A DNA stretch of 64,000 bases from Eledone cirrhosa (Eukaryota), in NCBI GenBank assembly GCA_964016885.1, contig OZ024740.1:91946001-92010000 (forward strand), written 5' to 3'. The notes beneath the pieces are model-generated. The model saw only the letters and a list, made by a program, of their open reading frames with translations. It had not been told where the DNA came from and did no database searches. The stretch's first letter is position 1; every line of letters starts with the position of its first letter. This document shows positions 52,800 to 64,000 of this stretch, one piece after another. Both the position numbers and the translations under genes were made by a program.

Positions 52800-55540
52800 T
52801 TTGCAATGACATACAGGCACACACAATTACCATTGCGATCGTACGCGAAGAAAATTCCCGGTGAACTGGAATATGTGGAAACTGCAGGATTCCCTAATGG
52901 ACTTCTATCCACAAAAAGGAATGTTATCACGAACATGATGTATCTAATTCGACCTTCACGAGCAGGCCAGAGTCAGAGATCAAAAGAAGAAGGGGCATTG
53001 TCCCTCTCATATGTGCTATCAGAACACTGGATTTTCTGTAACGTATATACAGTGACTATAAAACATATAAAACGGAAGATACTTCAATTATATGCAGAAT
53101 TTCAACGACTATATCAAACGAGGAAGAACAGGAGAAATGAAACATAATTGGAGGAGGTTAAACAAATTAACAACGAAGTGGATTATATATTTGATATATT
53201 CTGCGAGAACGCCGTAGTAAGGAAATAGAAATATACCACGGATTCAGCATGACGGACGAATAGTGGGAATACCTTCAAGATCAGCCGAAGGACCGCGAAA
53301 TGTTTTGTGTGAATTTCATAGATAAAAAGTGAGAAAAGGAGGAAAAGTGACATTGAATCTTTGGAAAGACAGATGCAGAGAGCTGAAAAAGAGCAAGAAA
53401 AGATCCAATTATTTATGGATGTGTCTTCTGACCCGACCGAAGACAACGAACAAGTTGCGGACTTTAATTTCTCATCTGACAGTGCTCCGTCGGTTCCTAA
53501 GAAGCGTAATGTTGTGGCATCATTGGAATTCGGAGATGATATTCTACCCCCCTGTTTCAGACACTTACGAATCAGTAAGAGGATAATAAAGCCAGAGGTA
53601 TTGGAAACTATCGATGAACTGAAATCCATAACTCTATGTCTGAAAATCAGGCTAATGCCGCTATAGTTGTTGTTGGAAATAAATTGTTTGACAGGAAATG
53701 GAAGTTACATAAAGAAATCGACGTGATCGATCTCGATACTTTACCTCATAAACGTAATCTTCGAGAGAGCGGAAAAAGTATTGAAATGATGGAACTGGAC
53801 TGCATAGTTAAGGAAATCATGTCTTCAGATACCAACAGCGTGATTACCTATCACGACGACGGGTCAAAAAAAAAAGGTGTTGGATCTTTCAGTGTACAGG
53901 GCAGGACAGTTGGTGGAATGTACAGAGCGCTTCCTACGTTACCGATAGCGTCTGAATCGCGACAGAGCTTGGCTGATTTAAAATTGGCTGTTTTGTCCAT
54001 ACTAGAATCTGCAAGTGAGGTACCCGTCAAATTGCTCTTCGAAAAAATTGATTTTGTGATAACTGATCAGACATCACATAATTTCGAGGTTCAGGCGATC
54101 CTAGCTGAATAACTAGAGACTGAACACGTTCCAGACCACCTTTTCTGGAGTGTTTATCCTTCCGTCATGTTCAACAGGGTTTTGATAAAACTATCGTCTG
54201 AAATTGAGAACGAAATTGGTAGAGACAAAATCTTCTCGAGTTTTCTAGTGAATGCATCTGCTAATGCCTCAAGCGTCACAGAGCATGCTTCGTATCTGAA
54301 GAACGTTTCAGACAGATCCGATATGATGACGAAATTCGGCGACAAGCGAGTTGAGAAATGATGTACTCAAAGTCATAAAGGTGCTCTTACCGAAGTTGGG
54401 TGGTAGCTTCCAGAGGCAAAAGGGCGGCATATTCGGATTTGAAGAAGCTCGCGATTCTCCATACGACTTATCAAAGATAAAAACTGCCAAACTTGAAAAA
54501 GCGCCTATTCACAACCTCGATACAGAAAGAGGCGTGGGCTTTATTAATTACCATTGCCTCGCCGAGGCGCGAAACAATTGGCCGCCGCTTCTTCATCTCA
54601 AGTATAGATGAAGGTTAGAGACCTGATCGAAAATGAGTCGGGGTATTTCAACAAATACAGGAAGTTGGTTAGAAAAGGCGGCCAAATGCCTGAAATTATG
54701 AAAGACAGGAGGAGTTGACACGTGATGGCCCCGCAACCAAGGAAAATGCTATTATCGCCACCGACAAGCGATGAAACAAGGACCTTGATTATCTAAAATC
54801 AGTAGGTGGTCCTTTTACTAAAAAGGAGGATATAGATACATATATGGAGAGCGATACATCTTCGGAAACATATAAAATAGAAAGGTTGTATATAGAAATT
54901 ATATATGCAACGGACACTTCGCTATCGATACAAAAAAACAGCGACATTTTCAAACTAAAAAGGAATTATCGGAAACTAGTTGTGGATACTTAGGTGCGAA
55001 ATCTGAGGGTTTATCTGGAGAAAATCTGTTGCAAAACGGATGCTACTGTTCAGGACTTTAAAGATGCTTTAGATCAGTTGTTGAACAATTATAATTTAAA
55101 ATAAACCAATGATAATGTACCAATAAATCATGTATACTAATTTGTTCATGCCATAGACTAGAGTTAAGCTCATTTTGTCTTCGGAAATGCGTTTAAAATA
55201 TGCCATTCATTAAAAATGATATATTAGTCAATATAGTTGGTTCAATAACAGTTTCCCATATCCGGCATATTGGATGGTCGTAATTCAAAAACAATACCAT
55301 AAATGAGTTTATCAACCCCAAAACCCCCCTTGTAACGAAAACATATCGAGTATAGGTGCAATAATAGCGGACTTTTCCTTCTTTTCGACCATGCTCAACT
55401 TCAGGAGGTATGTACAGGGGGGTTCCGACCGTCGGGTACATTTTTTAGTATGATTTCAGTGCATGGTATGGGTCACTACATATTTTAAAGGGGGCCCGGA
55501 AATTGAATCTGCAGATTTGTAAATTAACACCCCCACCCCT
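52800..55540 (+). mobile_element. Decayed DNA transposon, probably a hAT-superfamily (hATm-like) transposase pseudogene
   Basis: Collinear broken ORFs with HWIFCNVYT, IFDIF, YLQDQ, YHDDGSK, ITDQTSHN and APIHNLDTERGVG (candidate D-D-E). The right end ...CACCCCTA fits a TAGGG-type TIR; the left TIR and TSD were not found. Confidence 0.55.
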
Positions 55541-55702
55541 ACTTTAAGCTTATTTTCCTATCCGGAAGTAATTTTATAGCCAAGTTACATAAGTTCAATA
55601 TTATTGAAGTTGAATTTTAAATGAATTTCTAATTCACTCAACATTGCTAATTGTAAATTACATACACTCTCTCTCTCACACACACACACACATATATATA
55701 TA

Positions 55703-56273
55703 TATTAATTCAAAATATTAACAAAATAGACAATTCTTGTGATCAAGTATACTTTATTATACACATTTCAGAGGTACTGAACTAACTTCAACAGTATGTC
55801 CTCATCAGATAAAATAAGATGATGCATGACATACCCTTACATAGTAGATGATTAAGATTCTGTCATGGTAGTGAGTAAGATATGACAAAGCTCAATATTT
55901 ATATACCTTAAGATTCAGACATGAAAAAACTTACATATAATACATATAATAGAGAGGGTGCGTGTGAGAAAGCTTAAACAAACATAACAGCAATTTACAT
56001 AACTGTTAGAGATTCAAATAATTTAAATTATTGAAGAAAGAAGAAAGAAAAAAAGAAAGACAGAGAGAAAACAGATGGGGGATAATATAGCTAGTAGAAG
56101 TATAGAGAACAAAAGAGGATTGATCAAGGAAAGAGAGACAAAGAGGAATATTTTGTATAGTGTAAAAATATAGAGGGATGAATTATATATATCTATATAG
56201 AACTATACATTTGGCCAATCTTTAGTAAAACTCATTCTTTGATTTATTCATTGAACCTTGTTTAACCTTTAAA
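55703..56273. mobile_element. Naiad-type PLE copy 3 (pLTR on -, short tail on +) with HHR at 55750-55816 (-)
   Basis: Same two termini as copies 1 and 2; TATTTTAT-CTGATGA-GGACATACTG..CAGTACCTCT-GAAA-TGTGTA-TA-ATAAAGTA. Confidence 0.85.
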
Positions 56274-56293
56274 TATATATATTATTCTTAGTA

Positions 56294-56466
56294 TTCTTCT
56301 TCTTCTTCTTCTTCTTCTTCTTCTTCTTCTTCTTCTTCTTCTTCTTCTTCTTCTCTCTCTTCTTCTTCTTCTTCTTCTTCTTCTTCTTCTTCTTCTTCTT
56401 CTTCTTCTTCTTCTTCTTCTTCTTCTTCTTCTTCTTCTTCTTCTTCTTCTTCTTCTTCTTCTTCTT
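56294..56466. repeat. (TTC)n microsatellite
   Basis: Direct reading; explains the poly-K ORF. Confidence 0.95.
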
Positions 56467-57562
56467 TATGAAGCTGTTGTTTGTAACATTCAAAAACACC
56501 GAGTTATACACAAGGGAAACGATCCTGATATAATCTTCCATATCATCCCAAGAGCACTGCGTTTCTTGTAACTGCATGTGCATAATTGCATGGTGGCTGC
56601 AATAGTAAGAGTGTTTTGACAGTACAAAAAGAATACCTTCCTCTACATGCAACACAACCACTGATACACACGTAGTTATAAATATCCCCTAGATTGCACC
56701 TCCAAAATGCCATTTTATTTTTTTAGAGATAATGTTATTTGAGAAAGCAAAAGAAATCTTCTAAATGGATCTGATCAAGATGTTGGGGTGATATTTTATT
56801 TCATTGCAGTTACAGTAAACCTATTCCGTGTGTTTCTAAGATGAATGCAACGCAGACGTTTAGATATTATTTTTACATCATCAAAGATGATTCCATATAT
56901 ATGTGTACCCTAAAAGCAAATCTCAAGTACAAACCGAATGACACAGACGGAACAGCTTGAACACTGTATCACAAGTATATATAACAATTATATCCTGGAA
57001 TATAAAAGTGATATGTTTCCATTGGCCCTCTTGTAATATTATAAGAGATAGAGAAATATATTAGGAGATCTTAGTGCCACACGCTTATATCTGTTCGTTT
57101 ATTTCAACAGAGCACTAGAGACTTGTGAAAATGTATATCATTTATCAACCACAAATTATATCATATCTGGAGACAGATCGGAATCCTGTAAGCTGATAAC
57201 ATGCTTGAATAACATATTGTAAACATCCGTATTTGTCAAGTAGGTAAATTACAGATCATACACCATTCAATATACTTGTGTTCGTAATAATATTTGTTTT
57301 GTCAAAAATATATACCGATTTCCACAATCAAAAGAAGTAATTGAGTAAAAGAATACGTTCGTTTACGTTTTTTTCATTTATATATCTAATTGGATATATT
57401 TTTAATGTTTCTTCTTTATTTTATAGTAAATTTAGTTGTCGGAAGCCAACCACTGAATGCAATACCTGAAAACTCACCTCAATAATGCTCAGTACTCAAA
57501 GATTGTTGCGTCACGAGGATATTCTTTGGTTTATACATATATGATGGAAGAATAAGAAGTAA

Positions 57563-58663
57563 TCTATATATATAAAAGTAAGGATGTATGTCTGTGTGTG
57601 TGTGAATTTGAATCCCTAAAACTCGAGAAGCACCTAGCCGACTGTTTTCAAACTTTACACATGTAATACTGATGTTTCAGGGTGTGTTCTGAGCAAAAAC
57701 AATTACAAATTATCAATGCACTAGGAACAGCATAAGGCGATTTAGCGATCTCTCGCTATAATTCTTAGTCTTTATTTTTTAGATAGATACATACATATAA
57801 GGTCGCGCCCTTATAATATATGTCAGTATGTCTGGATGTCTGCATTACGTCACTTCCCTGAGGATGTATGTCTGTGTGTGTGCGTGTGTATGTATGTATG
57901 TGTGTGTGTGTTTGTGTGTATGTGTGTGTGTGAGTGTGCGTGGGTGTCTGTCTGTGAGTTTTAAACCCTAAAACTCGGGAAGTACCCAACCGATATTTTT
58001 CAAGCTTTACATGTGTATTACGTATGTTTCAGGAAGTGTCATGCACATAAAAGTATTCAACCTTTTTGAACCCTAGTTCATTAGTTGATTAGTTGATTAG
58101 TTCATTAGTTGATTAGTTCATTAGTTGTGAACCCTAGTTCATTAGTTGATTAGTTCATTAGTTGTGAACCCTAGTTCATTAGTTGATTAGTTCATTAGTT
58201 GAAAAACTGCGTTTTTTCAGGTTTTTATGGGTTTTATGATGCATTACGTGAGATTGATTTCCTTGACATTGTAACTATGTATTAGTCAGTCACTTCTTCA
58301 TACCGTGAGCAAAGAAAATTCAACTTTTCTATTGTTCAGAGCCCACATTAGGTGAACAACTTCATTTTTTCAGCTTTTTATGGATTTTTTGAGGCGTTAC
58401 GTCTAGCAGATTTTCCCGAAATTTCAAGGCATTATATGCACACAAAAAAATTCATTTTCTTGATCCCCTAGGGCCCGCATTAGGTGAAAACCTGCATTGT
58501 TCCTGCTCCATCGAGGAAAGTCTTAAAGATTATCCAGCCATCAGAGTGTTAGCTTTATTTTCTCTACATATTGACCAGGCATGCAGTTTTTCCACGACTT
58601 GGTCTGTTGGCGCCCCGTGTTCTAAACTACCTTATCCCGTGCAACGCCAGGTACCACTGCTAG
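57563..58663 (+). mobile_element. Non-autonomous Helitron with an internal minisatellite (approx. 58068-58201)
   Basis: A|TCTATATATATAAAA start; CCCGTGCAACGCCAGGTACCACTG-CTAG|T end; homologous to 2962-3877; TAGTTCAT/TAGTTGAT repeats inside. Confidence 0.9.
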
Positions 58664-59584
58664 TATATTATAAATGTCAATTGTATATAATAATATCATA
58701 TTACATTAAATCACTTAATATATTTAAATATATTTAATATTCTTTATACACAACATATTCAGTTTATATACTAAAATATTGCACTTGAAACAAAATGTTA
58801 AATTGCATCTACAAATACATATGTATATATTACGTCGACATAATTAATAACTGTTCTATCGGGAAATGTAAATTAGAAGCATTTATATTAACAGATAATT
58901 ATTGGGAGCGATTCCAGTTTCGTTTAAAATATCTGGGAATTTGTTTGAAGAGAAACATGTAGAAATAAAACGTCTAGAAATATATAAATGGATATCAAGC
59001 AATAATTGATTGAAGAAGTTTAGGGGTAATAAATTACATTCCTCAATTATAACCATAACAAAATATTTCAATCGGAGAAAAAAACAAATATAATTTCAAA
59101 ATTGGGATGCTGCACCCAAGATTCAATAAATTCAATTAGTACCAAGACGAACTTGTCATAGTATAATTATAAAGTGATAATAACAACTATGTAAAGAAAC
59201 ATTTCCCTAAGGGGCATAAAAACAAATGGAACTTATAAACAAACCAAACATCAAGTAAATAAACAGGTGGAAATTAAAGAAAATATAAATTAGTAAATGT
59301 AATAAAAAAAACAAGTAATATATACATTTAAAATAATAAAATTTGATTAGAAATGTGCAATTATTTCCAAATGTATCTGAACTTTCCAATAAATACACCT
59401 GAATCAAATGTGCCATCGTATCGATAATATCGTATACAGAATGCGGACTCTTCCGATCAGATCTACCTTTGGCACTGTGTGTAAAACTGTGAGGGTTACA
59501 AAGGATTGTGGGCCTGTCATTTTACCTGGTTTAGTGCTCCATTTATTAATGTCAGTTATTTTAGTTTCACTTCAAACATCATGC

Positions 59585-59980
59585 ATTATTTCCACGGTTC
59601 TCCATGCAATTGAGATGTCCTTCATGCATTTGTTGTTGATTATGAGAATGGTATCCTCAGATGAAAATACCCGATATGTTTGATATCTCGCTGGCAGGAA
59701 AAAGCACACGTCCTATTGCTTGCGTGCCTGGTACTTTTCCTTTCTTTTTTCTTCGTTTTTCTTTCCGTTTTTTTCGTTGATAGCTTTTTCTAGCAAACAC
59801 GACGGCTGGCAAACCCTTCATGGAACTCATGTTTCCTGGGCAGACAAGCGATAGGACGTGTGTTCTTTCCTGCCAGTGACGTATCAAACATATCTGTTAT
59901 CCATCTGAGGATACCGCTCTCATAATCAACAGCAAATGCGTGAAGGACATCTGGATTGCATGGAGAACCGTGAAAATAAT
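59585..59980. repeat. Diverged approx. 145-bp inverted repeat, possible old HHR fold-back
   Basis: 59585-59730 is inverted at 59836-59980; CTGAGGA ... GAAA in both arms, with a long imperfect stem II. Confidence 0.55.
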
Positions 59981-59984
59981 TATA

Positions 59985-60190
59985 ATTGTTTCTACATTTG
60001 GCACAAGGCCAGCAATTATCCCAGTGTATTACTGGTCCTTTATTTTATCGACCTCGTAAAGATAAAAGGCAAATTTAACCTCGGTGTGATTTTTAACTCG
60101 GTCCGTAAATGGACGTAACTGTGATGCAAAGCATGGCGCCCGACCCTCTACCGATACAGACATGTAACTGTGCTGCAAAGCATGGCGTCA
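59985..60190 (-). mobile_element. tRNA-derived SINE with a small terminal duplication
   Basis: Matches the 1945-2120 subtype; GTAACTGTG.TGCAAAGCATGGCG is repeated. Confidence 0.85.
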
Positions 60191-60368
60191 TAAATAATTA
60201 TAATTATAATGATCAAAGGATATATGTACGCTCAGCATCTTATTTTGTTATTTTTATAAAATCTACGGCGTAACTAAAAACAACGATTGTTGAGAGCTTT
60301 CTCATACTTACTCCTGTGTTTACTAAAACAATATTTTCCGAACACACACACACACACACACACACTTG

Positions 60369-60399
<31 letters not shown>

Positions 60400-60558
60400 G
60401 GAAAGTTATATTTAAATTGTTGGGTTACAACTAGCAAATATTTATAACTGATATATATCTTGCTCCAATACTGTTGAGCGCTTTATATTATAACTGGAAA
60501 AATGGAATTCTTTATTACTTCCTTATAAATATAGTTTCCATTTATTTAATATTGTATA

Positions 60559-60650
<92 letters not shown>

Positions 60651-60652
60651 TA

Positions 60653-60931
60653 CGTGTGTATAATGGTAGCCATGGTGATTTCATAGGCGGAATGATAAAA
60701 TTACCACTCAATATTCTTACAGAGCAGAGTGTGAATAGTATAAAAAAACAAAAAAAATCAGTGATGCATCTGGACTGAGTTTATTGAGTGTTACAATTGT
60801 TTCGATGGAACCTGCAGCCGTAGAATCAGCCAGATCCATACAGTGATCATGTCTCGAGCTACCTGCCAGCGAAACAATTGTAACACGTAATAAACTGAGT
60901 CCAGATGCATCACTGATTTTTCGTTTTTTTA

Positions 60932-60935
<4 letters not shown>
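60653..60935. mobile_element. Family L fold-back with HHR 3' halves
   Basis: 60736-60808 is inverted at about 60866-60936; GAAA-CAATTG-TA-ACAC in both arms; about 80-nt left tail with bulged hairpin. Confidence 0.75.
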
Positions 60936-60969
<34 letters not shown>

Positions 60970-60975
<6 letters not shown>

Positions 60976-61160
60976 GTGAGGTTTTTTTTTTTTAAATGAA
61001 AAATAATAGAGGTGTGCTACAACAAAGTTGAAATCGAAAATGCAACTGGTGTCTTATTCTTAAAAAATATATATATATTTATTTGATTCATTTACCGGTT
61101 TTGCAGTTCTTCTGCTTTTCAAAAGTAGAGTTGAGATAGAGGGTCTGTGGTTTTTGCAAA
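60970..61160 (-). mobile_element. Family C relative with a degenerate U3-A8 HHR
   Basis: Minus strand CTCTATCTCAA...TTGAAAA-GCAG aagaa CTGC-AAAA-CCGG-TA-AA. Confidence 0.55.
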
Positions 61161-61390
61161 CTTGACTGTCACCACATAATATGAACCTGTAGATTGCGAA
61201 ATCATGAAAGGACTTATTCAATCAACACTTAACATTTAATTTTCTACCATACTATGTCATTCTAATACCATTATAAAAGTTAAAGGATGGTATATAAAAC
61301 GAGTAAATCAGACAAAGTTGTAATTCCTATTATTAATATAATCTTCTATACACAGTAATACACAGCCGTGTATATTTATCTATCTATCTG

Positions 61391-61495
<105 letters not shown>

Positions 61496-61623
61496 AATAG
61501 AATGAAACGAAATTTCATTTATCACACTTAGTACGGCACTTACTTAAATATAAGTATGGATGTATGTATGGCGTAATTCGGGTTGTTTGTTTGTTTATAA
61601 ACAAAACGAGCATTATAATTAAT

Positions 61624-61737
61624 TGTTTCTACGTTAGGCACAAGGCCAGCAATTAACCAGTGCATTACTGGTACTTTATTTTATAGACCCCGTAAGGATG
61701 AAAGGCAAAGTTAACTCGGCGGGATTTGAACTCAGAA
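61624..61737 (-). mobile_element. 5'-truncated tRNA-derived SINE
   Basis: Core and tail match the other copies. Confidence 0.85.
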
Positions 61738-61790
61738 TGGCAATATATATATATATAAACATATATAAATATATATATATATACACATAT

Positions 61791-61870
<80 letters not shown>

Positions 61871-62097
61871 TATATACATATATATTATATACATATCATA
61901 ATCTATAAAGCTAAGTGTATGGACATGCTCCTTTGTTATAGAAATCTACCATATAGAATTTCTTCAATTGAAATTTACAATTCAGTATTCGAAATAGCTT
62001 CGATTGTGTCTTGGCACATATCATCTTTTAAATTTCACCAACAATTACGCAAAATATCGATAAAACTCAATATTTTACGATTGACCTCTCTCATTTG

Positions 62098-62908
62098 AAG
62101 TGCTCACCTTTTTTCCATTACCATTCAAAATCTATACAACTTCATACTTTCTGCTACTTTCCCTTTCCAAGCTTGATGGTGATACTGTCCGTTTTACTCT
62201 CTCATATAATCTGTCTACCTCTATCTACAACCCACACATTTTGCTACTTTCTCGTATATACTTCAACCTTACTGATTTATTTCCAAACGCATACAAACAC
62301 ACACTCGCTTCAAATGATATAAACACATTTAAAGCAATTAAACAACGTGAGTGATTTATAACCACACTAACTTTTAGTTTCTTCAAACTTAATGATTGAT
62401 TTACAAACACATACAAACACACACTCAAATAAATTGATTTAAAAAAATGTAAAGCAATTAAACAACGTGCGGGATTTATAACCACAAACATTTGCCATTT
62501 GCAACATTTACGTAAACAATCAAGTGCTTTCCTCTTTCCATTACCATTCAACATCTATACAACTTCATACTTTCTGCTACTTTCTCTTTCCAAGCTTGAT
62601 GGTGATACTGTCCGGTTTTACTCTCTCATATAATCTGTCTACCTCTATCTACAACCCACACATTTTGCTACTTTCTCGTATATACTTCAACCTTACTGAT
62701 TTATTTCCAAACGCATACAAACACACACTCGCTTCAAATGATATAAACACATTTAAAGCAATTAAACAACGTGAGTGATTTATAACCACACTTACTTTTA
62801 GTTGCTTCAAACTTAATGATTTATTTACAAACACATACAAACACACACTCACATAAATTGATAAAAAATAATTTAAAGCAATTAAACAACGTGCGGTATT
62901 TATAACCA
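62098..62908. repeat. Approx. 425-bp tandem duplication in the Helitron 5' region
   Basis: 62098-62485 is repeated at 62524-62908 (duplicated ORF-track peptides); candidate Helitron 5' TC near 61896. Confidence 0.85.
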
Positions 62909-62909
62909 T

Positions 62910-64000
62910 CTGCGCCTTCTACTCCATGAGGTTTTAGGCCCACAAAGTTTTCAAGACATCAGAACTGTTGACGGTGTATTATGTGATACTTTCCGCGAAG
63001 CCGGCTTTCGGCGTGGACTTTTGGAGGACGATTCACAATGGGGCGCCACTATGGCGGAGGGTGTTTCGATAAAATCTCCTAAAAAAATCAGATCGCTTTT
63101 CGCTATTCTACTCCTATGGTGTGACTTGGCTGATCCCGCCTCTGTATGGCTTACCTAGAAAGATTATATGTCTGAAGATTTCCTGCGTCACGCTCAATGG
63201 CTACATCCATCAATGGAGGTCGGGTACAGTGACCTCATTTACAACAGGGCACTGCTTGAAATCGAAGTTACTGTACTTGATATGAGCGGTAGTGCCTTGG
63301 CGGTATATGGCCTACCTTCAACAAACCGGGAACGCACAAACACTCTGTCTTCAGATTTGCTGCGTGAGACATGTTTTAATGTTGACGAGATTGCACAGTA
63401 CATAGCCGAGAATGAGCCAAAGCTACTTCCAGAAAAGAAGTTCGCTTACAACTCCGTTGTTAATTTAGTCCGGGCCAAAGCTGGGGGGATTTTTTTCCTG
63501 GACGCTCCTGGTGGAACTGGGAAAACTTTTGTCACCAAATATTATTGACTGAGATTAGGCGAACACAAGGCATTGCCCTAGCTTGGCATCATCTGGAATT
63601 GCGGCTACTTTGTTGCCAGGCGGCAGGACAGCTCACTCCACTTTCAAGCTCCCGCTTGACTTAGCGAAAACTGAGACACCAACTTGCAACATCAGTAACA
63701 GCTCCAACCAGGCAGAAGTCTTCAAACGATGCAAGCTTATCGTTTGGGATGTATGCACGATGGCCCACAGAGGTGCTCTTGAGGCACTAGATAGATCTCT
63801 CAGAGACATCAAACACTCTACAGCTCCGATGGGAGGCATAACACTTCTTCTTTCAGGGGACTTCCGGAAAACACTTCCCGTTATTCCCAAGGGGACTAGG
63901 GCTGATGCAGTAAATGCGTGTCTTAAGTCATCCATATTGTGGCCACTAGTGAACACTCTCAAACTTAACACTAACATGCGTGCTCATATGCCATGTGGTA
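62910..64000 (+). pseudogene. Helitron RepHel, PIF1-like helicase portion with stops and a frameshift
   Basis: GPQSFQDIRTVDG..TFREA..GLLEDD, MSEDF, FFLDAPGGTGKTF, ASSGIAATLLPGGRTAHSTFKLP, LSGDFRKTLPVIP, LNTNMR. Confidence 0.95.

Noticed and set aside
58068-58201. Short regularly repeated array resembling CRISPR
   Set aside because: No unique spacers; it is a slippage minisatellite inside a Helitron in eukaryotic DNA.

Overview
AT-rich animal genomic DNA, most likely from a cephalopod such as an octopus (inferred from the SINE family and the extreme (TA)n/(CA)n density), with no confidently identifiable intact host gene. Most ORF-track entries are microsatellite read-throughs. The window holds decayed retrotransposons (R4/Dong-like, RTE, Tx1-like, CR1), a tRNA-derived SINE, Helitrons and a hAT-like transposase relic. 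Its dominant feature is a population of Penelope-like elements (PLEs) inserted in (TA)n. There are three Naiad-type copies, two retaining RT and GIY-YIG relics. There are also over a dozen unrelated non-coding families, usually built as asymmetric fold-backs with both 3' ends facing outward. Read by eye, these carry about 16 well-formed and about 20 degenerate or truncated type I hammerhead ribozyme (HHR) motifs, including U3-A8, U4C and U4A core variants. Two observations stand out. First, a covarying bulged hairpin (RCUC-stem-loop-stem-UU-GAGY) sits a few nt beyond the short terminus in about nine unrelated families including Naiad, a candidate shared mobilisation signal. Second, several ORF-less 325-490 nt HHR units are tandem or circularly permuted, as expected for retrozyme-like circular RNAs parasitising PLE machinery. 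All coordinates and folds were derived by hand and need computational confirmation.
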